Positions 7,904 through 16,316 of a DNA stretch of 32,000 nucleotides are shown here, piece after piece (positions within the stretch are counted from its first letter, which is position 1; every line of letters starts with the position of its first letter). The position numbers were made by a program, and so were the translations under genes. This stretch comes from Mucisphaera calidilacus (lineage in GTDB: Bacteria > Planctomycetota > Phycisphaerae > Phycisphaerales > Phycisphaeraceae): the NCBI RefSeq assembly GCF_007748075.1, contig NZ_CP036280.1, forward strand, positions 2,610,001 to 2,642,000. Direction: 5' to 3'. The notes below the pieces were generated by a model. That model was not told where the DNA came from. It did no database searches and saw nothing but the letters and a program-made list of their open reading frames with translations.

Positions 7904-8878
7904 ATGAATTCCGTTAAGTCTCATCGTTGCCACGGCTTCACGCTCATCGAACTGCTGGTGGTGATCTCGATCATCGCGTTGCTCATCGGCATCCTGCTGC
8001 CCGCGCTGGGTGCGGCCCGCAACACGGCCCGCCAGATGCAGTCGGCCGCCAACCAGCGGTCGGTCATTCAGGGCCAGTACAGTTACGCGACGCAGAACCA
8101 GTTCCGTTTCCCGCTCTGGCAGAAGCTGCGTGCGGCTGGCGAAAACACGGTGGCCAGCAACGAGAACCAGACAGCCTGGCTCTGGCACACCAAGATGGTC
8201 GTCGAAGGCCTGCTGCCCAACCTGGATTTCCTCGCCGATCCCTCCGTGGGTGATTCCAGCACCGAATTCCTCGAGTACAGCGTCTACAACGTTGAGCCTT
8301 CCGCTTCCTCAGGCGGTGGCGGCCGCGGCTCAGGCGGCAGTTCGATCACCGCGCCCGACGGCTACGCTCTGATGGGTGCGGACGTCTTTAACGGCATTCA
8401 CTACGGCTACAACTACTATCACGTCGGGTCGAACATTGCCGGTTCGGCCGCGACGGGGCGCGGTCGTCCCGACGGCGTCGTCATCGACGCCCGTGCGGGT
8501 GCCCCCCAGAACATTCCCGCGTCGCCTGACGACATGGGTTCGCCCGGTACCACGCTGATTCTGTGCCCGACACGCAACATTATTCGCTCGCAGGACGGCA
8601 ATTTCACCGGCAGCTACGTCGTCCGCGATTCGACGGATGAGCCGACATTCGCCGGCAAGGCGGACCCGCGCATGAACGGCAATGTTCAGGTGGGCTGGGG
8701 CGACGGTCACGTCGACATGGTTTCGGTGCCCGGCTACGACAGCTCGAAGCCGAACAACTACGAGCCGACTTACGAATACGACGCCTTGGGTGACGCGGCG
8801 GACTACCACCAGACCGCTGACGACGGTTCGCTCGAAGAGAATGTCTTCGACCTCCACGCAGCGAACCCCAAGCAGTAA
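7904..8878 (+). CDS. prepilin-type N-terminal cleavage/methylation domain protein (pseudopilin-like, DUF1559/H-X9-DG-like family)
   Basis: [11 protein letters not shown]|[28 protein letters not shown] is a class III signal peptide with the invariant Glu at +5. The C-terminal [13 protein letters not shown] resembles the DG motif of the PVC-expanded family. GGAGG lies 10 nt upstream. Confidence 0.85.
   Translation: MNSVKSHRCHGFTLIELLVVISIIALLIGILLPALGAARNTARQMQSAANQRSVIQGQYSYATQNQFRFPLWQKLRAAGENTVASNENQTAWLWHTKMVVEGLLPNLDFLADPSVGDSSTEFLEYSVYNVEPSASSGGGGRGSGGSSITAPDGYALMGADVFNGIHYGYNYYHVGSNIAGSAATGRGRPDGVVIDARAGAPQNIPASPDDMGSPGTTLILCPTRNIIRSQDGNFTGSYVVRDSTDEPTFAGKADPRMNGNVQVGWGDGHVDMVSVPGYDSSKPNNYEPTYEYDALGDAADYHQTADDGSLEENVFDLHAANPKQ
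7934..8016 (+). repeat. 83-nt repeat copy A (encodes the pilin-like N-terminal helix)
   Basis: Differs from 9063-9145 at 5 positions, all synonymous. Confidence 0.9.
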
Positions 8879-8906
8879 TTCACGATCTCCTCCCTTCTCA
8901 CACAAA

Positions 8907-8935
8907 CCCCGCCTTCGCCAGGGCGGGGTTTTTTT
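8907..8935 (+). terminator. Rho-independent terminator of pseudopilin gene 1
   Basis: CCCCGCCT-TCGCCA-GGGCGGGG followed by TTTTTTT. Almost identical to the terminator at 9995-10022. Confidence 0.85.
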
Positions 8936-8978
8936 ATGCCCTATTTTTGTCGAACTTTCCCCGAGTCCCCCTTTTTTC

Positions 8979-9006
8979 TTGCACACGATCGAGTCGATTA
9001 TATAAC
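8979..9006 (+). promoter_or_regulatory. sigma70-like promoter of pseudopilin gene 2
   Basis: TTGCAC (8979-8984), a 16-nt spacer, then TATAAC (9001-9006), 36 nt before the ATG. The spacer is also similar to the one in the gene 1 promoter (CGAT..CGA..TCGnTTATATAA). Confidence 0.5.
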
Positions 9007-9041
9007 CTATAGAAGACAGACTTCTATTTTGGAGCACAGCC

Positions 9042-9971
9042 ATGACACGCACCCAACGCTCAGGCTTCACACTCATCGAATTGCTGGTGGTGATCTCGAT
9101 CATCGCGTTGCTCATCGGCATTCTACTGCCCGCGCTGGGTGCGGCACGCCGCGTCGCACGCGACATGTCCTGCATGAGCAATACCCGGCAGTTGTCGATC
9201 GCCAGCTATTCGTATGCCTCGGACAACCAGGAGTATTACGTACGCTTCTGCGATATGGCCGTCACACCCGGCTACGCGGGCAAGCCCACGACGCTCGGTC
9301 AAGGAGGACTCGATGGGGGTATAGGTGGCAATACCAGTCACGCATGGACATGGACCTTTGTCGTTGGCGGCTATGGGAGTATTGACCTCTACGCCTGTCC
9401 TTCTTTCGACGAAGCCGAGGATTTCAGCACAGGGGCTACTTCAGACAACATTCGCGATGCGAGCACGGAGAAGGACACCAATGGCGGGATCGAACAGGGA
9501 TGGCGTAACGTTGATTACGGTGTCAACATTGAGTTTCTGACTGCATTGAAGCGCGACACCGAGACACTCAAGGGCCTTGTCCCGACGAACGGCCGTGGCG
9601 TACCTCTTCGCCAAGGCGGAGCCTATGAATTCTCCTCGCGCCAATCGGCCGTTCAGGATCCCAGTGACACACTCTTTGTGGCGGACACCTACTTCGCCGG
9701 AATCTGGGCCTCCAATGGTGAGACGTATGGCTGCTTCTTCGCCAGTGCCGAAGCGGCCAACTCCGAGACGGTTCACGCTCGCCATGGCGGCGAGAGCGGC
9801 GGGGCAGTCAACGTTGGCTGGGCCGACGGCCACTCCAGCCCGGTTCAGGTCAAGAAAGATCCTGACACCGTCTGGTTCCTCTGGGCCGACGAGTTCGGGT
9901 CCTTCTCCGGATACAACCCCATGGGTAACCCGGACAACAAGTGGGACCTGCTCGCGGGTGACGCTTACTAA
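9042..9971 (+). CDS. prepilin-type N-terminal cleavage/methylation domain protein (pseudopilin-like, DUF1559/H-X9-DG-like family)
   Basis: MTRTQRSG|[29 protein letters not shown]-terminal [20 protein letters not shown] is an expanded version of the H-X9-DG motif. GGAG lies 7 nt upstream of the ATG. Confidence 0.85.
   Translation: MTRTQRSGFTLIELLVVISIIALLIGILLPALGAARRVARDMSCMSNTRQLSIASYSYASDNQEYYVRFCDMAVTPGYAGKPTTLGQGGLDGGIGGNTSHAWTWTFVVGGYGSIDLYACPSFDEAEDFSTGATSDNIRDASTEKDTNGGIEQGWRNVDYGVNIEFLTALKRDTETLKGLVPTNGRGVPLRQGGAYEFSSRQSAVQDPSDTLFVADTYFAGIWASNGETYGCFFASAEAANSETVHARHGGESGGAVNVGWADGHSSPVQVKKDPDTVWFLWADEFGSFSGYNPMGNPDNKWDLLAGDAY
9063..9145 (+). repeat. 83-nt repeat copy B (encodes the pilin-like N-terminal helix)
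   Basis: See 7934-8016. Confidence 0.9.
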
Positions 9972-9994
9972 ACCTGTCCCCTCTCCTCCTCAAA

Positions 9995-10022
9995 CCCCGC
10001 CTTCGCCAGGGCGGGGTTTTTT
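9995..10022 (+). terminator. Rho-independent terminator of pseudopilin gene 2
   Basis: CCCCGCCT-TCGCCA-GGGCGGGG followed by TTTTTT. The CT-rich lead-in is also similar to the lead-in of the terminator at 8907-8935. Confidence 0.85.
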
Positions 10023-10107
10023 CATGCGCCGTGCGGCAAACCCGACGTTGTGGGGCCGGGTTACGCTCCCTAGGATAGATCACTTCCCTACGTTCTCAGG
10101 AGACGCC

Positions 10108-10488
10108 ATGCCTTCACCCGACGACCGCCGTTACCTCGAATCCCACGAATGGCACAAGCCGGAGGGCGACCTGATCACGATCGGGTTGTCGCAGTTCGCC
10201 GTTGATGAGTTGGCGGACGTGACGTACGTCGAGTTCACGCAGGCCGAAGGTGCGATCAAGGCGGGCGAGAGTTTCGGAGAGATCGAGTCGGTGAAGGCGA
10301 CCTCGGATCTGTACTGCGGCGTCGACGGCACGATCGTCGAGACGAACCAGCAGGTGATCGACAACCCGGCGCTGGTGAACGAGGACCCGTTCGGTAGCGG
10401 CTGGCTGATCCGGGTGAAGCCCGATGCGGCGGACGCGGTGGAGAAGCTGATGGCTGCTGAGGACTACGACAAGCAGGCCGAGGGCTGA
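10108..10488 (+). CDS. gcvH: glycine cleavage system H protein (lipoyl carrier)
   Basis: YLESHEWHK...ITIGLSQFAVDELADVTYVEF...GEIESVKATSDLY...GSGWLIRVK aligns by eye along its length with E. coli GcvH, including the lipoyl-lysine motif ESVK. AGGAGA lies 4 nt upstream of ATG 10108. The 303-aa ORF-track extension overlaps the upstream gene and terminator. Confidence 0.9.
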   Translation: MPSPDDRRYLESHEWHKPEGDLITIGLSQFAVDELADVTYVEFTQAEGAIKAGESFGEIESVKATSDLYCGVDGTIVETNQQVIDNPALVNEDPFGSGWLIRVKPDAADAVEKLMAAEDYDKQAEG

Positions 10489-10494
10489 GTGGGT

Positions 10495-11103
10495 ATGCGT
10501 CGCCTGCTCCTGCTGCTGCTGGTTTCGCTGTCGCTGACCGGGTGCGGCTTCGTGAATGGCGAGTCGGGCTCGCTGACGCTTCGTTCGCGGAGCGACGGCG
10601 ACCTGCGGCTGAACCTGGCCTGCAACCACGCGATCTACGCTGTCACGGGCGATCAGAACGTGACCGCCCTGCTGGTCGACGGCTCGCTGGAGAACCCGAC
10701 GCGTGCGGTGGCGCTGCGGATCTTCTGGACGCCGAAGGCGGGTTCGACGCCTGTGTCGAAGCGTGCGACCAACGCTGCGGTACAGGTGCTTGTGTTCGCG
10801 GACCGGGACGACCCGGAGCTGCGTGAGTTGGGGATCTATGGCGGCGCGGGGTACGTCTTTCTCGAAGACCCGCCGGGCGACCGGATTCTGGAGGGTCAGG
10901 TGTGGGACGCGCACCTGACGCTGACGGACCAGTCGCTGGGCTTCCGGGACCGCCTGGGCACGAGCAGTCTGACGGGTCGGATTCAGCTTCGTCGGGACGA
11001 TGCTGCTGTGCTGAGCACGCTGCGGCTGCTGGGCCAGCGTGCGAGCGGCGCGTTGGCGTATCCGCGTCTGGTCGTTAACCCCCACGATAACAACGACATC
11101 TGA
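10495..11103 (+). CDS. hypothetical lipoprotein
   Basis: MRRLLLLLLVSLSLTG|C lipobox. It begins 7 nt after the gcvH stop. No recognisable domain. Confidence 0.6.
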   Translation: MRRLLLLLLVSLSLTGCGFVNGESGSLTLRSRSDGDLRLNLACNHAIYAVTGDQNVTALLVDGSLENPTRAVALRIFWTPKAGSTPVSKRATNAAVQVLVFADRDDPELRELGIYGGAGYVFLEDPPGDRILEGQVWDAHLTLTDQSLGFRDRLGTSSLTGRIQLRRDDAAVLSTLRLLGQRASGALAYPRLVVNPHDNNDI

Positions 11104-11146
11104 TAACCTGAGCGTGTCGGGCCTACGTCATCTCGAATCAGAAGGT

Positions 11147-12823
11147 ATGTCTATGCGCTTTCGCCGCTGTCTGCTGCCGTTGTTTGCCCTGCTCTTTGTG
11201 TTCAGCGCTGTTCCGGCGCTCGGTCAGGATGCTCCGCCGGCGGAGGAACCCGCGGCCGCTGAGGTGAGTGTGCCGATCGGCCAGCAGATCGACGAGACGA
11301 TCGCGTTGTTCAACGGCAAACTGGCCACGGTTCTGTTTTACGACGTCTCGTTTGAGGCCTTCAAGACGGTGAACCCGGAGACCGGCGAGAAGGAAGGCCC
11401 GGAGCTGCCGTTTCTGGTGACGTGGCTGGTGCTGGGCGCGATCATTTTCAGTTTCTATCACCGCTTCCTGACGCTGCGCGGCTTCGGGCACGCGATCGAG
11501 GTACTGCGTGGCAAGTACACCTCGTCGGACGATCACGGCGACGTGTCGCCTTTCCGCGCGTTGACCTCGGCGCTCTCGGCGACGGTCGGTCTGGGGAACA
11601 TCGCGGGTGTGGCGATCGCGATGCAGATGGGTGGTCCGGGTGCGTTGTTCTGGATGATGTTCCTGGGGTTCTTCGGGATGGCGTCGAAGTTCCACTCGTC
11701 GACGCTCTCGCAGCTCTACCGCGTGCGTCACGCCGACGGGACCTTCTCGGGCGGTCCGATGTACTACCTCTCGCGGGGGATCAGGGACCGCTACCCGTAT
11801 CTGTCGTGGCTCGGTCTGTTTCTGGGCGGGTTCTTCGCGTTCGCCTGCATGCTCGGCGCGATCGGCGGCGGCAACATGTTCCAGGCGAATCAGGCGGCGC
11901 AGTCGTTCTTCGACACGTTCGTCGAGCCGGGCGTGCTGTCGGCTTATCCCGAGACGGATGCCGATCAGATCGGCATCATCCGGGCGTGGGTCAACATCGG
12001 TTTTGGCGCGTTGATGGCGACGGTGGTCGCGGCGGTCGTGCTGGGCGGGATCACGCGGATCGGCGCGGCGACGTCCAAGCTCGTGCCCTTCATGGCGATC
12101 GTCTATGTGCTCGCGTGCCTGACGATCATCGTCGCGAACATCGCGGAGCTGCCGGCGCTGATCGGCCACGTGCTGACCGAGGCGTTCGCGTGGGACTCGG
12201 CGTATGGCGGGCTGATCGGCGTGATGGTGGTCGGTTTCCAGCGTGCGGCGTTCTCGTCGGAGGCGGGGCTTGGCTCGTCGGCGATTGCGCACGCAGCGGC
12301 GCAGACCGAGGAGCCGGCCCGGGAGGGTTTCGTGGCGTCGCTCGAGCCGTTTGTGGACACGGTCATCATCTGCTTCATGACGGGCATGGTGGTGCTGATC
12401 ACCGGTGCGTACACGAGTGACGCGGACGGCGCGGGGATCACGCTGACGGCCTTCAAGTCGGTCTCGATCACGGCGGGCTGGTTCCCGTACGTGCTGACGA
12501 TCTCGATCATCCTGTTCGCCTTCTCGACGATGATTTCGTGGTGTTACTACGGCGAGCGTGCGTGGGGTTACCTGTTCGGGCTCGGTTCGGTCTTCATCTT
12601 CCGCATCATCTTCGTGCTGTTCGTGTGGGTGGGTTCGGTCATCAGCCTGGGCGCTGTGCTGGACACGGCGGACCTGTCGATTCTCTCGATGTGCCTGCCG
12701 AACATCCTCGGCGGTATCCTTCTCGCTTCGGTGGTCCGCAACGAGGTGACCCACTATTGGGAGCGTCTGCAGGCCGGCCATTTCCACGAGAAAGACGAGA
12801 GCGCCGATGGAGCCGACATCTGA
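11147..12823 (+). CDS. alanine/glycine:cation symporter (AGCS) family transporter
   Basis: Polytopic membrane protein with family-typical segments: GDVSPFRALTSALSATVGLGNIAGVAIAM, GGPGALFWMM, FSSEAGLGSSAIAHAAAQT, ISWCYYGERA. Start ATG 11147 follows GAAGG. The 11039 start would overlap the lipoprotein gene. Confidence 0.85.
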   Translation: MSMRFRRCLLPLFALLFVFSAVPALGQDAPPAEEPAAAEVSVPIGQQIDETIALFNGKLATVLFYDVSFEAFKTVNPETGEKEGPELPFLVTWLVLGAIIFSFYHRFLTLRGFGHAIEVLRGKYTSSDDHGDVSPFRALTSALSATVGLGNIAGVAIAMQMGGPGALFWMMFLGFFGMASKFHSSTLSQLYRVRHADGTFSGGPMYYLSRGIRDRYPYLSWLGLFLGGFFAFACMLGAIGGGNMFQANQAAQSFFDTFVEPGVLSAYPETDADQIGIIRAWVNIGFGALMATVVAAVVLGGITRIGAATSKLVPFMAIVYVLACLTIIVANIAELPALIGHVLTEAFAWDSAYGGLIGVMVVGFQRAAFSSEAGLGSSAIAHAAAQTEEPAREGFVASLEPFVDTVIICFMTGMVVLITGAYTSDADGAGITLTAFKSVSITAGWFPYVLTISIILFAFSTMISWCYYGERAWGYLFGLGSVFIFRIIFVLFVWVGSVISLGAVLDTADLSILSMCLPNILGGILLASVVRNEVTHYWERLQAGHFHEKDESADGADI

Positions 12824-13883
12824 CCCGCCTGCCGACGCGACGCCGATCCCGCTGCTGATGATCCGATCGGCGTTGGGCGGGGTCCTGATGGGCCTGGCCA
12901 ATCTCGTGCCCGGCATCTCCGGCGGGACGATGCTGCTGGCGGCGGGGATCTACCCGCGTTTCATTGATGCGATTGGCGAGGTGACGACGCTGCGGTTCCG
13001 GACGCGGTCAGTCCTGACGCTGGGGACGGTCGTGGTGGCGGCGGTGCTGGCGATTGCGCTGCTCGCGTTGCCGGTGAAGAACCTGGTGGTCGATCACCGG
13101 TGGGTCATGTACAGCCTGTTCATCGGCTTGACGCTCGGCGGGGTGCCTGTGGTCTGGCGGCTGATCGGCCGGCCGGGTGTGGCGGTGTGGTTCGGTGCCG
13201 CGGCGGGCTTTGTCGGCATGGCGGCGTTGGCGTATGCGCAGTCGTCGGGGCTGAGCGGCGGCGCGGGCGGCAACGACGGCTTTGTGTTCATGCTGCTGGC
13301 GGGTCTGGCGGGGGCGTCGGCGATGATCCTGCCGGGCGTCTCGGGCGGCTATCTGCTGCTGGTGCTCGGTGCTTACGTCCCGCTGCTGGCGGGCATCGGG
13401 GCGTTTACGCAAGCCCTGCGGGCGGGGGATAGCGAACAGTTGGTGAGTGTCGGGCTGACGACGATTCTGCCGGTCGGGCTGGGTGTCGTCGTGGGCATCG
13501 TGGCGGTCTCGAATCTGCTGCGTTGGCTGCTGCACCGTTATGAGCAGGCGACGCTTGGCGTGCTTCTTGGGCTGCTGCTGGGCGCGGTGGTCGGCCTCTA
13601 CCCGTTCGTTGAGCCGGTCCGGCCGGAGATCGGCGACAGGCTCAAGGGTCAGACCGTGATGTCGGATCCTGGAGACGAGACCGGCGAGCGTCTGATGTTC
13701 GAGGCGACGGGCAAGCCCGTCGAGCGGGACGACTGGGCGGTCGAGGTTTTTTCGCCGACGTCGGGCACGGTCGCGGGCGGCGTCGGGCTGATCGTCGCGG
13801 GATTCGCTATAACGCAACTGATCGACCGATTCGGTCGTGACCGACCCCACGTCAACCCCGCAAGCCCCGAGGCCTCGTCATGA
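12807..13883 (+). CDS. DUF368-family membrane protein (family implicated in undecaprenyl-phosphate recycling)
   Basis: Duplicated PGISGGTMLL / PGVSGGYLLLVLGAY motifs in a multi-TM protein. The ATG overlaps the symporter 3' end by 17 nt. Confidence 0.75.
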   Translation: MEPTSDPPADATPIPLLMIRSALGGVLMGLANLVPGISGGTMLLAAGIYPRFIDAIGEVTTLRFRTRSVLTLGTVVVAAVLAIALLALPVKNLVVDHRWVMYSLFIGLTLGGVPVVWRLIGRPGVAVWFGAAAGFVGMAALAYAQSSGLSGGAGGNDGFVFMLLAGLAGASAMILPGVSGGYLLLVLGAYVPLLAGIGAFTQALRAGDSEQLVSVGLTTILPVGLGVVVGIVAVSNLLRWLLHRYEQATLGVLLGLLLGAVVGLYPFVEPVRPEIGDRLKGQTVMSDPGDETGERLMFEATGKPVERDDWAVEVFSPTSGTVAGGVGLIVAGFAITQLIDRFGRDRPHVNPASPEASS

Positions 13884-14872
13884 ATGTTCTGGTCACCGGC
13901 GGAGCCGGCTACATCGGTTCCCACGCCGTCAAACGACTCCGCGAGGACGGCCACACGGTCGTCGTTCTCGACAATCTGTACCGCGGGCACCGCGCCGCTG
14001 TGCCCGATGACGTGCACCTCGCCGAGATCGACCTGCGTGACACCGACGCGATCGAGCGGTTGCTGCGAGAGCATCGGGTTGAGGTCGTGATGAACTTCGC
14101 GGCGCTGGCTTATGTCGGTGAGTCGGTGACGCAGCCGCTGGACTACTACGAGAACAACACCGCGGGCGTGCTGAGTCTGCTGCAGGCGATGAAGCGTGCG
14201 GGCGTGAAGCGGATCGTGCACTCGTCGACCTGTGCGACGTATGGCGAGCCCGAGACCGTCCCGATGACCGAGGACCTGCCCCAGTCGCCGATCAATCCGT
14301 ATGGCTGGTCGAAGCTGTTCGTGGAGCGGATGCTGATTGACTTCGCGCACACGACGGAGGACTTCGCCTTTGCGGCGCTGCGTTACTTCAACGTCGCCGG
14401 CTCGGCCCGTGACGGTTCGATCGGCGAGGACCACGAGCCGGAGACGCACCTGATCCCGGTGATGCTGCTCACCGCGTTGGGTCAGCGTGAGAAGATGACG
14501 ATCTTCGGCACCGACTACCCGACGCCTGACGGCACCTGCATCCGCGACTACATCCACGTCGAGGACCTGATCGATGCGCACGTCACGGTCATGAATGCCT
14601 TGCAACCGGGCGACGGGCGGTTCTACAACCTGGGCATCGGCAACGGTCTGTCGGTCAAGCAGCTGATCGACGCGGCGAAGGCCGTGACCGGGGTTGATTT
14701 CAAGGTTGAGATCGGTCCGCGGCGCGAGGGTGACCCGCCTATGCTCTACGCCGATCCGTCGAAGATCGAGCGTGAGCTCGGGTGGAAGGCGAAGATCACG
14801 GACGTCAACGAGATGATCGCCTCGGCCTGGACGTGGTTTAAGGACCATCCCGACGGCTACAACGACGTGTAA
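13880..14872 (+). CDS. galE: UDP-glucose 4-epimerase
   Basis: MNVLVTGGAGYIGSH Rossmann motif, catalytic YGWSK (YxxxK), RYFNVAGS, DYIHVEDL. ATGA overlap with the DUF368 stop. Confidence 0.9.
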   Translation: MNVLVTGGAGYIGSHAVKRLREDGHTVVVLDNLYRGHRAAVPDDVHLAEIDLRDTDAIERLLREHRVEVVMNFAALAYVGESVTQPLDYYENNTAGVLSLLQAMKRAGVKRIVHSSTCATYGEPETVPMTEDLPQSPINPYGWSKLFVERMLIDFAHTTEDFAFAALRYFNVAGSARDGSIGEDHEPETHLIPVMLLTALGQREKMTIFGTDYPTPDGTCIRDYIHVEDLIDAHVTVMNALQPGDGRFYNLGIGNGLSVKQLIDAAKAVTGVDFKVEIGPRREGDPPMLYADPSKIERELGWKAKITDVNEMIASAWTWFKDHPDGYNDV

Positions 14873-14889
14873 CGCAATCAGCGTTGCAC
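14867..14889. other. stem-loop spanning the convergent galE and mreD stop codons
   Basis: GTGTAACGC-AATCA-GCGTTGCAC, a 9-bp stem with one G-U pair on the plus-strand RNA. The galE TAA (14870-14872) lies in the left arm and the mreD TGA complement (14878-14880) lies in the loop. No U-run follows. Confidence 0.35.
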
Positions 14890-15420
14890 GCGTTCGGCGA
14901 AGCCGAACCATCGCTCGCCGGCCAGCAGGAGTGCGCCGACGGGCAAGGCGAGCAGGGCCGTGTAGAGAACCGACAGGAAGCCGCCGAAGAGCGCGTCCGC
15001 GGGGCTCCAGCCGGGGATGGTCTCGCCGACGGGCCAGGGGAGCGTGCGCAGGACGAGCAGCGCGGTTGTGAAGATTTCTGCGAACAGGCCGCCGACGCCG
15101 GTGAGGATCACGACGGTCAGCAGCGAGTGGCGGAAGACGACGTTGCGCAGCTGGTGGACGACGAAGGCGCCCATAAGCATGCCGAGCGTGTGCGGGCCGA
15201 CGAGCACGATGCCGCCGGGGTAGAGCGTGAGCAGGTCGAGGCAGAGCCCGCCGACGAGTGCGGCGCTCATCGCGGCGCGCCACTGCGCCATCAGGGCGAC
15301 GTAGACGACGAGGATCATGAGCGGCTCGGGCCGGACGCCCCAGACCGAGAGCAGCGGCCCGCCGGCGTAGGAGAGCGCCAGCAGCAGGTAGCCCAGCACG
15401 CCGAAGACGGCCCAGTTCAT
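14878..15420 (-). CDS. mreD: rod shape-determining protein MreD
   Basis: A 180-aa polytopic membrane protein directly after mreC, with an ATGA overlap. The call rests on size, hydrophobicity and synteny. Confidence 0.7.
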   Translation of the reverse strand: MNWAVFGVLGYLLLALSYAGGPLLSVWGVRPEPLMILVVYVALMAQWRAAMSAALVGGLCLDLLTLYPGGIVLVGPHTLGMLMGAFVVHQLRNVVFRHSLLTVVILTGVGGLFAEIFTTALLVLRTLPWPVGETIPGWSPADALFGGFLSVLYTALLALPVGALLLAGERWFGFAERVQR

Positions 15421-16307
15421 GGCGTGCCCCCCTGCTGTGCGCGTTCGACCAGCACCACGACGCGGCGGAGGTTCTCGACGCGACGCTCGGGCGCGATCAC
15501 GACGCGTTTGAGCAGCAGCGGCTTGCTCGTGCGGTCGTCGAGTTTCGTCACGACGCCGACCACGCGCCCCCGGGCCAGCAGCGGCCAGCGGTCGTCGACG
15601 AGGTGCGCGATGTCACCCGCTTCGACCTCGGCGTTGAGTTTCAACTCGGCGACGAAGGCGCCCTCGGCCCGGTCGTAGTCGACCCAGGCGAAGACCTCGC
15701 GGTTGGGCTGGAGTTCCGTGGCGGGCACGATGCGGACCTGCAGCCGGACGCCCGGACGCGCGATGGGGTCGATGTCCGAGGTGAGGGGCGCGACGTTGCT
15801 GACGCGTCCGATCAGGTGCGGCCCAGAGACGACGGTGTCGTCCGGAGCGACGCCGCTGCGCTCGCCCACGCCGACGGTCATGCCGACGTTGCGTTCGGCC
15901 AGCGCCAGCACCGGCGCGAGGACCTGCCGGACGGCCGGCCGCGTGAGCATCTCGTTGGACTCGGCGAGTTGTTCGACCAGCAGGCGCAGCCGGCGGTTCT
16001 CGTCTTCGAGTGCGCGCAGGTAGTCGAGTGAGGGTCCCTCGGCGAGGGGTGCTCGTGTCGTGTCCGACACGACGGCCGTGGGCCCGTCGCCCGACCAACC
16101 GGCCTGGCCGAAGAGTTGGCTCATGGGCGCGAGCGCCGACTGCAGCAGCCCGCGGGGCCAGCCGGCCAGGGCCGTGACGGTCGAGCCGGGCAGCAGCACC
16201 AGCACGAGGCAGACCATCACCGCGATCGGTTGTATTCCTGGGATGGGGAAACCTGGGCGTCGGATGGCCGCTCCCCTTAGCAGGCTCAGCCAGTCGGTTG
16301 CGTGCAA
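15417..16307 (-). CDS. mreC: rod shape-determining protein MreC
   Basis: N-terminal TM segment, a coiled-coil stretch (LRALEDENRRLRLLVEQLAE), then beta-rich domains (GPHLIGRVSNVAPLTSDI...). It lies between mreB and mreD. The apparent TTG start at 16307 is preceded by GAGGCGG, 9 nt after the mreB stop. Confidence 0.8.
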   Translation of the reverse strand: MHATDWLSLLRGAAIRRPGFPIPGIQPIAVMVCLVLVLLPGSTVTALAGWPRGLLQSALAPMSQLFGQAGWSGDGPTAVVSDTTRAPLAEGPSLDYLRALEDENRRLRLLVEQLAESNEMLTRPAVRQVLAPVLALAERNVGMTVGVGERSGVAPDDTVVSGPHLIGRVSNVAPLTSDIDPIARPGVRLQVRIVPATELQPNREVFAWVDYDRAEGAFVAELKLNAEVEAGDIAHLVDDRWPLLARGRVVGVVTKLDDRTSKPLLLKRVVIAPERRVENLRRVVVLVERAQQGGTP

Positions 16308-16316
16308 CCGCCTCGA

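Noticed and set aside
9577-10107. Long N-terminal extension of gcvH (the 303-aa ORF in the track).
   Set aside because: The extension overlaps pseudopilin gene 2 in another frame and runs through its terminator. The GcvH homology begins at Met 10108, which has an AGGAGA RBS.
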